DNA from: Octopus bimaculoides
Lineage: Eukaryota
Assembly (NCBI RefSeq): GCF_001194135.2
Contig: NC_068990.1
Coordinates: 35,737,726 to 35,774,772, forward strand
Length of the DNA: 37,047 nt
Direction of reading: 5' to 3'
The position numbers and the translations under genes are program-made. Below are positions 25,194-35,908 of the stretch, one piece after another; the stretch's first letter is position 1; each line of letters opens with the position of its first letter. Below the pieces are notes generated by a model. The model ran no database searches, was not told where the DNA came from, and saw only the letters and a program-made list of their open reading frames with translations.

Positions 25194-25295
25194 GTAAGTT
25201 TTGCATCAGTATAATAGATCAAGCTTCATTACTGTCACTACTGCTATACCTCCTACAAGAACAGCAAAAGCAACAACAACACCACCAACATCAAG

Positions 25296-25297
<2 letters not shown>

Positions 25298-25339
<42 letters not shown>

Positions 25340-25340
25340 T
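25298..25340. repeat. (CTA)n microsatellite
   Basis: Direct reading. Confidence 0.95.
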
Positions 25341-26719
25341 TTTTATGAAGAAAGTTATTTAAAACTTCACTCCCCATTTTAAAGTGAATGGTAAATTTTA
25401 CAGCAGTCGTTACTTTGCAAAACACATTAAGATCAGGCACGGAACTCTTCAATAGATTATGTCTTCTTCTGTTCAGCAGCCACAGAGAACTGAAGAACTC
25501 TAGTCAATAAACCAATGCCATTAACACATGCATATCGTATTCAATAATTTGGATTACAGTTCGCTGAAGTGTTTCCATATTTAAAAGAGATCGGTGATTC
25601 AATTCTTTTATTATTTTTGCAATTCATTCGCAAAGCATTAGAATAAATTTTCGCTAGTAAATTTTACGTCCTTATCACGTACAAAGGAAAAAGATGCGTT
25701 AATATATCCAAGAAGCTATAATTCCGATATAAAGTACAGTCAAAAATGGAAATTTCTAAAGCAGATATCATATATTATTTCTCAAATATCTATAGGAATG
25801 TTACTCAGCAGATAGGTAAAGTTGAGTGTAAATCACCTTTAAATAAACTCCGCAGATCCTTAAGTCCCGCATAAAATGAAGATTTTGCAGCTGAATTGAA
25901 GTTGACAAAATATCCATTAATATGCTTAGTGAAGGTGTGACCGCAGGGTTATGGCTGATAGATAACTATGAGAGAGATTCATTTGCATTTAACATAAAAT
26001 AATACATTAAAGTGATATGTTTCTTCACCTAAAATACAGAAACTCGTTCTCCTAGTAAAGGATATATGTTGGTATTCTGGTNNNNNNNNNNNNNNNNNNN
26101 NNNNNNNNNNNNNNNNNNNNNNNNNNNNNNNNNNNNNNNNNNNNNNNNNNNNNNNNNNNNNNNNNNNNNNNNNNNNNNNNNNNNNNNNNNNNNNNNNNNN
26201 NNNNNNNNNNNNNNNNNNNNNNNNNNNNNNNNNNNNNNNNNNNNNNNNNNNNNNNNNNNNNNNNNNNNNNNNNNNNNNNNNNNNNNNNNNNNNNNNNNNN
26301 NNNNNNNNNNNNNNNNNNNNNNNNNNNNNNNNNNNNNNNNNNNNNNNNNNNNNNNNNNNNNNNNNNNNNNNNNNNNNNNNNNNNNNNNNNNNNNNNNNNN
26401 NNNNNNNNNNNNNNNNNNNNNNNNNNNNNNNNNNNNNNNNNNNNNNNNNNNNNNNNNNNNNNNNNNNNNNNNNNNNNNNNNNNNNNNNNNNNNNNNNNNN
26501 NNNNNNNNNNNNNNNNNNNNNNNNNNNNNNNNNNNNNNNNNNNNNNNNNNNNNNNNNNNNNNNNNNNNNNNNNNNNNNNNNNNNNNNNNNNNNNNNNNNN
26601 NNNNNNNNNNNNNNNNNNNNNNNNNNNNNNNNNNNNNNNNNNNNNNNNNNNNNNNNNNNNNNNNNNNNNNNNNAACAACATATACGTATATGATATCATT
26701 TACGATCTAACCACTTATA

Positions 26720-26756
<37 letters not shown>

Positions 26757-26801
26757 TTTTGTATGCGGAACAAGAACACACACGAAAACAGAAAAGTGTC
26801 A

Positions 26802-26835
26802 CTGAAGAGGTCACAGATGTGTGACGGAAGATTTC
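26802..26835 (+). ncRNA. Degenerate hammerhead-ribozyme-like core
   Basis: CTGAAGA-G-GTCAC-agatgt-GTGAC-G-GAAG-ATTTC: CUGANGA plus a 5-bp hairpin plus GAA. The G10.1-C11.1 pair and GAAA each deviate by one base, and stem I is not found. Confidence 0.35.
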
Positions 26836-27283
26836 CGGATAGTGGAAACGAGTTAAAATAATAAAATAAGAACAGTAATAAACGAGTGGGGAATAAAGAT
26901 ATAGTGCGTGTGTTTATTTGGCCAAAATGTGACCATCTGGAAATACAACAATATATATAAGCATAATTACAGGTTACAAACCTCATTCAGGGTTAGCAAA
27001 ATCCTTATGGAAGTACTAGTTAGTTACCTATACAAAGAATATTGAACATTCTATTTAATACTACACTGCAAGGTAACTATATAAGCCGTGGTTAATATAT
27101 ATTTTATTTATTATAATAATAACTCGATAGATACTCGTACCATGATCTTTCAAATGATTTTTAATATAAGTAATTAATTTTCTGAGAGCCTAAATTGAAA
27201 CACCTGTAAGGGATCTTTGTCAAATGTTTAGTTAATAAATAATAATTTATTAATTTATCAATTACCTTTCTATTCTCTCAAAT

Positions 27284-27284
27284 G

Positions 27285-27350
<66 letters not shown>

Positions 27351-27441
27351 AGTGTTGTTGTTGTTGTTGTTCATCTTCTTCTTCTTCTTCTTCTTGTTAT
27401 TATCATTATTATTATTTTTACTATTATTATTGTTGTTGTTA

Positions 27442-27491
<50 letters not shown>

Positions 27492-27492
27492 G
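27284..27492. repeat. Compound (ATT)n-(GTT)n-(CTT)n-(ATT)n array at the 3' end of the short LINE copy
   Basis: Direct reading. Confidence 0.97.
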
Positions 27493-27636
27493 TTCAGTAG
27501 TTTTATTTTTATAACGTGCTTTCACTTCACTACCGAGCGCAGCTCTGTGCGCCTTGGGTATGTGCTGTGGTTTGCTGTGGTGATCTTATGGTTACTGTAT
27601 TGAAAGTGTTTTGCGTAGGATGTGTGCAGTGCCCAA
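27492..27636 (-). mobile_element. 3' end of an R4/Dong-type LINE (severely 5'-truncated) adjoining (TAA)n
   Basis: Minus strand 27636-27592 encodes LGTAHILRKTLSIQ*, the typical RLE-LINE C-terminus (LLGTAHILR). About 100 nt of 3' UTR runs straight into the (TAA)n-rich array. Confidence 0.8.
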
Positions 27637-28829
27637 AGGATAGAAAGATATAGATAAATATACAGACGGATTGATCGATAAGTAAGTAGTTAGACAGGTA
27701 GACAGATTGATAGATATCATTATACACACCTGAGTGTGCGTGTACACAAGTTTGTCGAGTCAACATTTATGTAATGTAATGCTCTCTGTTGGTGAGAAGA
27801 CATGACGTGCCATTTGGAAGCGTGTCACATAAGATCATGGTACGTGTATCAATTGAGCTTACAGTATTCAGTACACTTCACTCAATATGAACAACTTAAA
27901 CACGCTAGCCATGACCATCTACTTCTTCAACAGACATGGTCTAGGCTAGAACCCACATATAATTTCATCTTAAAACGTAAACCATACATCCTCTTCGTTT
28001 ATGTTCCTGAAAAGCACTTAAGACATATCTATATTTCATTCTGCTGCCCAGGTATTACTCTTCACTCAACTTTAACTCTGAAATAGAGTGCCTAGACACA
28101 TGTAGATTCCACTTACATTACCACTCACCAATCTCTTTTGAATGTTAGCAACGAATATTTCAAATTACTCTAGTTCAAAGTCTCCATTTCCACTTTGCTA
28201 AATGCATTTACTTCGTCTACTACTGAAACCCATCAACAACTCTGCTTGTTAAGATTATCATAACCACTTTCAATTTCTGTTTACATAATTATTACTTGGA
28301 TGAAAAAAATATGTCACAACAGGGTATTAGAGAAAAAGAACCATGTGAACTATACTTACATTGCAAAATAACAGTAAACCACCAGGGTGTTAATACTCTG
28401 GAGTGTCTTGTTTTACTATCGTAGACAGATATATACTCAACAGGAAATCGCAATTCCCATCAGTATACTAGATAAAACAGCAACATCTGAAAATGGAAGT
28501 AATTTTAATGTGTTTTTGTCAAATTATGATAGTTTTCATTGTTAACAGAAGTAATAAATGCCAGAGCAAAGATGACTACTGGTTATATTACTGTATTATC
28601 TGGCAATTATATGAACCTCTCTCTGCAAGGAACGAAACACTAGACATTTTTTATGTTAGTACATCGATGTAGCGAACAACAGAACGGAAACTAAATAACT
28701 CATGTAAGGACGAAAATCGATCTTTAATTTTGATGTATATCATTTATTTTGTAGGATACTCGTCTAAGTTTTATCTCCTGCTAGTTTCTGTCATTGAACT
28801 GAGGATACTCATATAATTTTTATCCCCTT

Positions 28830-29131
28830 CTAGTTTCTGTCATTGAACCGCAACGAATCAACCCCAGTACTTATTTTTAAAGCCTGCTACTTATGCTATC
28901 TGGTATTTTGCAGAACCACCCAAAGTTACAGAAACGTAAACAAACCAATAAAGGTTGTCAGGCAGTGGTGGTGACAAACGCAAAGAGAAAATAACACACA
29001 CATAAACACGCTTAAGACAGGTGGGCTTTCAGTTTTCGTCTACTAAATCTACTTACAAGACTTTGGCTGACTCGGGGCTACAGTAGAAGATACTTACGTA
29101 TGGTGGCATGATGTGGAACCGAAACAGGAAC
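28830..29131 (-). mobile_element. Second tRNA-related SINE family, diverged copy
   Basis: Minus strand shows a B-box-like GTTTCGGTTCC, then GTATCTTCTACTGTAGCCCCGAGTCAGCCAAAGTCTTGTAAGTAGATTT...GACGAAAACTGAAAG, a CA/TG-rich middle and an ATAAGTA..AGGC...ATAAGTACTGGGGTTGATT tail. Matches my recollection of an abundant octopus SINE. Local duplication of TAGTTTCTGTCATTGAAC at ~28782 and ~28831. Confidence 0.7.
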
Positions 29132-30503
29132 AATCACCACCACTTATGGTAAAGAGCCGCATAAGCCACCAATACCGTTATGATATTCGTATACTCGTAT
29201 TCTGAAGAAAATTACCAGCAGCAAAAGAATGATCGACAGTGTTCCTAATCAAACTGCTGTATGTTTATTTGTATGTCGATGCTACTAATATTCCTTGAAG
29301 GATACCCCAATAGGTTAATATGTAACAATGTTTCGTTTGAAAACAGAAATACTGTTTGAATTTTTAATCTCCAAAATTTCTCAATTTCAAATTTCTCTAT
29401 ATATTTCTATATATTAAAAAATATCCTCTCAAGTTAACATCGCAGTAAAAAGGTCCAGTGATTCAATCAACGGGAAAGCCATTCGTTGAATTAGCATGTG
29501 GAATGTGTGTGGATTCCAGAGACACGTGTAATCTTTATATAATTCTCAAGTAGAATCGATGTGATGCAGCACGTATCAAAAAAGGTAGACATTTAAATTA
29601 AAGATCCAGTTCGTAACGGGTTCCTGTGCAGTTATTCTTTATCCAAATTCATTTAGAAAGCTTGGGTGGATGTTAAGCTATGATATATACACAAACACAA
29701 ATTGCATGATGGGAGACCCAACACAGAACCCTAAAGTTGTGAAACGAAATACTTTACTAATCAGCCATACTTACATCCAGATTTATAACTAATCAGTTAT
29801 TGACGAACAATTCTAAAGTTTGTAGATGAGAAGAATGAAATCTGTTTTACGAACATATATGATATATCTTTGATGATTTATCAATTAATCTTTCTAAAAT
29901 ATTTCTTGAATACTTGCCAAATAACAACTTAACTTCTGAAATAACCACTTCATTTCACTTCATTATAATTAATCACTTAACACACCTCAAATATTCATTT
30001 AATCTTCCGCTGAGGAGAGTTTAATTCATCACTTCATATATTATGGGTAGATATCAGAACTGTCGTTCTTTACATATGATACAACGTGAGAAACATATGG
30101 TTGCTTAAACCATGGGTCGGTAACTACAACCTTCAAATCAAATGCGGCTCAAGAATTTAATTTCATCTGGCTCTTAGACTTCAGTGCATATGTGACATTG
30201 CATTAAAATATATGTTGTGCTCCTTGCCTACGATAGGCCAACAATTATATTCAAACTCGAAAAATAGTTCAAAAGTTTCATTTTTCTAGTGGCTTCAAAT
30301 CGATCAATGTTTAAGCTACAGAAAAGGGGATTACAAGTCTCCTTGGAAAATTATCTATATTCCATTCCTACCTGCTCTAGCTGATTAACTATCTTATGTT
30401 GTTTGCAATACTGAATATACTCAAACATTCACTTATACATGAGTGTGCAATCATGTTATAGGCTTATAGTCTACCTATGTTATTGTTAAACTTTTCTTTC
30501 TAG

Positions 30504-30567
30504 ACTTCACTTCTTTTGGGACTGCTTTCTCAAGCCTTCTTCTTGTAACTTTTCGATTCTTCTGGGA
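30504..30567 (+). CDS. Candidate exon D (64 nt, phase 1->2): (D)FTSFGTAFSSLLLVTFRFFW(E), pore-helix-like
   Basis: Acceptor aaacttttctttctag|, donor GGA|gtaagt. Resembles voltage-gated channel pore loops (Nav DI [22 protein letters not shown], from memory). Confidence 0.45.
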
Positions 30568-30608
30568 GTAAGTTCTTGCTGTCAATGTGTGCATAAATGG
30601 TTTCTTAG

Positions 30609-30639
30609 AGCATTTCTGCAGGCAACTTCCACACTAACG
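30609..30639 (+). CDS. Candidate exon E (31 nt, phase 2->0): (E)AFLQATSTLT
   Basis: Acceptor ggtttcttag|, donor ACG|gtaagt. Continues the Nav-like alignment (WENLYQLT vs WEAFLQAT) but requires a 41-nt intron. Confidence 0.3.
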
Positions 30640-32790
30640 GTAAGTAAGTGATTGGTCTATCTTTTTTAGTTGACTTGCTATATCTTCTACCACCATTGTC
30701 ATCCATTCATCTTTGTTACTATTATTATTGTTGTTGTTGTTGCTGTTACTATTGCTGTTGTTGCTTTTTGTTGTTTTTGCTGCCGTTATTACTTATTTAT
30801 TTAACTACCTATTTGTGCTTCATTAATACCTTGTTCTGTTTATTTAAATTTCCCGTTTCTATTTTATTTTTCAAATATAATCGTCGCTGAAGAATCAAGT
30901 GGTCAAATATTTAAAGATAAAAGGTAGTATTACATGGAACAAAGATATAAGAAAGGGAATTCTAACCAAGTATAGTTTTGAACATTACCAGTTAAAAGGC
31001 TGGGTATCTTGTCATTTATGTTTTTGTTACGCTCGTACTTGTGCATGTGTATGTGTACGTGTGTGCATGTGTATGTCAGTGTTTTTGTGCGTGTGTGNNN
31101 NNNNNNNNNNNNNNNNNNNNNNNNNNNNNNNNNNNNNNNNNNNNNNNNNNNNNNNNNNNNNNNNNNNNNNNNNNNNNNNNNNNNNNNNNNNNNNNNNNNN
31201 NNNNNNNNNNNNNNNNNNNNNNNNNNNNNNNNNNNNNNNNNNNNNNNNNNNNNNNNNNNNNNNNNNNNNNNNNNNNNNNNNNNNNNNNNNNNNNNNNNNN
31301 NNNNNNNNNNNNNNNNNNNNNNNNNNNNNNNNNNNNNNNNNNNNNNNATGTGTATGTGTACGTGTGTGCATGTGTATGTCAGTGTTTTTGTGCGTGTGTG
31401 TGTGCGTGTATGTGTGTGCTTACGCGTGTAAGTGTATGGATATATGTGTGTATAAAGGTATGTGCATATGTAAGTATATTGTGTCAGATTCTTTAATGTT
31501 CGTGGTAACAGTATTATTTTGCATGGTTGAATTGTTACCGACAAAACTGGCTACTCCACCAAGAATACTTAATGAGAGAGAGAATATTGGAGCATCCTGC
31601 AGGTGAAAAATAGATACATGTTGACAGAGACCTTTGTGATTCGTCCAACACATTGTATTCACGATCGTATTAAAGATCCTTACTTTTGATTTTGTTTATA
31701 AGGAATGTGATCTCTAGATGAGTCTGAGTATCCTGAAGGTAGCTAAACTTTCCCAATCTGTGTATTTATGTCATGATTGTTTCATCCTCCTCTGACGGAG
31801 AAGCTAAAATCTTTGGCGTTGGGGACTCTCAAGCTTTCTTTGTATTCCATGTTGACCATAAACCCAAATTTCATGAATAAGCTCATTGCTCAGAGCACCT
31901 ACACTATGTAATGTACCACTAGGAGAGAAGGGAAATATTGATGGAGTCAGTATCTTCTAGAGGCATCCTTGGTGGGTGGGGCAGGGTCATTGTATTCCTT
32001 TGCAACAAAAGCAGGGTAAAAATACTACACGATGGTGTCTCATAATGTAATAGTCCATCGTGTCAGAAAATTATTTTCAGTATCTTAAGTACGAAAGTAG
32101 AAATATGTCTAATATATTTTGCTTTGAGTTCTAAGCTTTTGAAATCAATAAAAAAGTGATTCATTCGGAATATTTCTGACCTTTCACCGTTCTCTCTTTC
32201 TCGAATGACATAAATGTTAAATATAAGATTACTTATAATTTGAACCTGTGTCATCTGCTTTAATGGAAAGTAAATAATAGAATCTATAAAAGAAAGAGCA
32301 CTTTCCTTTCAATACTATTATTTAGTGGAATTCAAAAATAATCATACCTTTCATATATCTATTGTACGCGTGCATATATATANNNNNNNNNNNNNNNNNN
32401 NNNNNNNNNNNNNNNNNNNNNNNNNNNNNNNNNNNNNNNNNNNNNNNNNNNNNNNNNNNNNNNNNNNNNNNNNNNNNNNNNNNNNNNNNNNNNNNNNNNN
32501 NNNNNNNNNNNNNNNNNNNNNNNNNNNNNNNNNNNNNNNNNNNNNNNNNNNNNNNNNNNNNNNNNNNNNNNNNNNNNNNNNNNNNNNNNNNNNNNNNNNN
32601 NNNNNNNNNNNNNNNNNNNNNNNNNNNNNNNNNNNNNNNNNNNNNNATATATATACACATACGAATGTCTGTAACAGTAGGTGCATGAACAGATCTATGA
32701 ATTCGCGAATGAGAACATACGTTCCTTAGCGCACGGCTGTATATTTCTAAATATGCATGCAACTACAGATAGATGTGTTCCTGTATTTGG

Positions 32791-32839
<49 letters not shown>

Positions 32840-33975
32840 TACACACACACACACATACACAAACATACACAGACACACGCACGATGCACAACAAAGTCAC
32901 AGCCACTCACATACATAGATGATGAACCCTATTTTGCGGGTAATAAAAAACGTGTTAAATATAGCCAAAATAGGATTTTAGACAGAAACAAATCAATACC
33001 AGGTCTAGGTTATTGTGTGATATAGTGCGTACAATGGCAAATAGATATCATGCAAAAGATCAATCACTTGTTCCCAAAGGCTATCAAAGGGAACTTTAAA
33101 TACAAAAATATCACATCAATATAACGAAAATAGGAATAATAATTTCTATCGTTAAAACTTCAATAATATTTTAGTAGATAAAGGTGTAAAATTATTGCTA
33201 GCTGCCATTTATTTGTTCCTGTTTTTAACACTTTCTGCCGTAGATAAACTGTGATAACTGGCATAAGAGTGATAAAAATTGATATAGAGGTGAATAGGTA
33301 ATGGATGTAGTGATGCCGTTTCGATAAGATTTCGGGCGCCAAACATCGAGATCCGAGAAGTATTTTTCGGTCTTCGTTATCGAGTATAGCGTGCCTGATA
33401 AGCGAATGGCTAGACACAGAAATAATGCGGCCGACGAAATAATTCCTGATTGCATTGATTTATCATTGTATTCAGTGGGTGTATATATTTGTTTATTAAG
33501 TAATTCCTGTGCATAGGGTTTTTAAGTTATCTATTTGTAAGTTAGAAATAAAGGCATTTATTTGGTTACTTAGCAATATGTTGTAAATGCTAACGTTTGC
33601 ATGTAGCTGTCTTACATGCCAGTTTCTAATGGTTGTATTTTGTTGGTTAGAAAAGATTTAGAATCAATGAAAAACAAAAGGAAGGTAGTTTGTATTATGT
33701 ATCAAGATAGAAACAATTAAATCAATTAATAAATTCTTCAAATGATATCACCAGTGTCAATATTTGGTCAACATAAATTTGGACTTCGTGTACAGAGGAC
33801 AAAAGTGGAGCTACATATTTTACAATATTTATTGCAGTATCTAATACACACATGCCTCCAGTAAATTAATACGTTGCTATACATATACTTAAATTACTTA
33901 CTTATACACACACATACACACACAAACACGCACGTACACACATATACTTTTATATCATAGTAATTTTACCCTTAA

Positions 33976-34205
33976 GGCGATGAACTGGCAGAAACGTAAG
34001 CACACCGGGTAAAATAGCGGTATTTCATCTGCAGTTACGTTCTGAGTTCAAATTCCGCCGAGGTCGACTTTACCTTTCATCCTTTCGGGGTCGATCAATA
34101 AAGTACCAGATACGCACTTGGGTCGATGTAATCGACTTAATTCCTTTGTCTGTCCGTGTTTGTCCCCTCTACCTCTATGTTTAGCCCCTTGTGAGCAGTA
34201 AAAAA
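33976..34205 (+). mobile_element. tRNA-derived SINE (same family as 22719-22949)
   Basis: Colinear similarity to the 22719 copy: CTGGCAGAAACG.AGCAC.C.G, GTTCTGAGTTCAAATTCCGCCGAGGTCGACTT, CCTTTCGGGGTCGAT..ATAAAGTACCAG, GATGTAATCGACTTAAT, TTTGTCCCCTCT, TATGTTTAGCCCC, A-rich tail. Confidence 0.93.
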
Positions 34206-34208
34206 TAA

Positions 34209-34291
34209 GAAACGTTAGCACACCGGGCGAAATGCTTAGCAGTATTTCATCCGTCTTTTCGTTCTGAGTTCAGATTCCGCAAAGGTCGACC
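34209..34291 (+). mobile_element. Second, head-only SINE copy in tandem
   Basis: GAAACGTTAGCACACCGGGCGAAATGCTTAGCAGTATTTCATCCGTC...GTTCTGAGTTCAGATTCCGCAAAGGTCGAC repeats the SINE head right after the first copy's tail. Confidence 0.85.
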
Positions 34292-35442
34292 TAACAACAA
34301 GATCAAGGTGAGCTCTGATTGGCTGTATGCAAATGAGTTCATTATTGGTGTCCTGAACTCTCGTGGGAAAAAAATCGCATCCGGATGTGTTTTAAGCAAT
34401 GAAGGGCAGAGCTGGTATGTTTTACAATTTCCTTGGTAGATTAAAGAAAGAAGAAGACTATTTTAATACCGAAGACCAGTAGGAATCCTTAAAGCGGAGT
34501 AGAAGCAGTTACAGGCTGTCAAGGATCAGTTGATGCTTCCAAACTGTGCGAAGATTTAAAGCGTTTTGGTTTCTCAGTCTAATAACTTAGTTTTGTTTCT
34601 TGCGAAACTACAATTACATTATTTATTTACTTTATTACATTTTTATTGGTTTAGTTGGGTGGAAAGGGATATGATCATTGTGTTGGCAGTACTCCAAACA
34701 GATGGAGGTCGATGTGGATAACCTACATTTCAACCAGTTGTTAATCGCCAATTGTAGGAATGACATGTGTGAGAAGGGGATTTCTAAGTCCCGACGTCCT
34801 GATATGATAAGAGAAAACATGGTGATTAGTGTGAAACCTGGAAAAGAACGAATCATTGCAGGGTTTGGTATGAGGTCTGAGTATGAGGACGTGAGGTGAT
34901 ATTAGTGAGTGTGGACGTACTTTTGATGAGCAGTAGGCGCTGTTGTAAGCACAGAAAAATCACGAGGAGAAATCTTTATGTCTGTGGGCCAGAGATTTTA
35001 ATGTGCCAGGAGACAATTTCCTGAAAATCCGTCGAGTAAACTTACTGTATATGTAGCTTCAAAGATATTTGACTATGTTACACCAGCTACATCCCCGATG
35101 TGTGCTCCTTATCCATACAGGCATACATCACACCCCACACTGGCACACGCACATAGACATATTTTTATGTCATTATATTGTTGGTGATGATGTTTGAACA
35201 TGTTATCATTCTAACGACTTAACTATCTTGTTCTTAATCCTAACCATAGTTCTATCTCTCAGCATAAATCTAAAGCAGGTTGGTGGATTTTTGCAATAAA
35301 ATATCTGCTGTCTGATGTTTGTAGCATTTATAGTAACTGAAAAAAAAAATCATGGTGAAATCTATTTTTCCATTCAGTAGACAGGAAATGATTATGAATT
35401 GATGGTTTTCAAAATAGACATGAAACTTTCATTTTATTCTAG

Positions 35443-35491
35443 GACACAGTTTTACGCGTTTTTTACTGTTATTTTGGTGGGTCTTATTTAT
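35443..35491 (+). CDS. Candidate exon F, S6-like: TQFYAFFTVILVGLIY (alternative acceptor at 35450)
   Basis: Acceptor actttcattttattctag|, donor TAT|gtatgt. 6/16 ungapped identities to recalled Nav DI S6 TYMIFFVLVIFLGSFY. All three frames are open, so the frame is not fixed by sequence alone. Confidence 0.3.
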
Positions 35492-35744
35492 GTATGTGGA
35501 CGGCAATAAAATCTCTTGAAGTCGGCACAAATTCTCATCAGAGTTCCTTAATATAATGTTCCTTTTCATTCTTCTGAAATGAATTAAATTATCCGTCATA
35601 TGCTGAGGTGGGATTTATAAACTATATTCTCTCCTCACATTACAGATGTGTGAGTGCGTGTGGCGCCATGAATATTTGCGAAAATACTCAGACACACATA
35701 AAAATGAATATATACACACACTCTTACATGGACACATGCTCTCA

Positions 35745-35868
35745 TATATATATATATACACACACACAAATATGTGTATGCATATACGTATATCTGTGAA
35801 TATATATGCATATATATGCATAAATATATATATATATATGCGTGTATATATATGTGTATATATGTGTA

Positions 35869-35908
<40 letters not shown>

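Noticed and set aside
24810-25348. Poly-Leu/Ile/Arg/Thr ORFs (also 460-663, 27282-27603, 30648-30890)
   Set aside because: Translations of trinucleotide microsatellites. Only the 25105-25193 part is kept, as a candidate exon.
34635-35040. ORF 34678-34899 and nearby Cys/Arg text as a piggyBac remnant
   Set aside because: No DDD motifs, TIRs or TTAA-flanked ends could be established.
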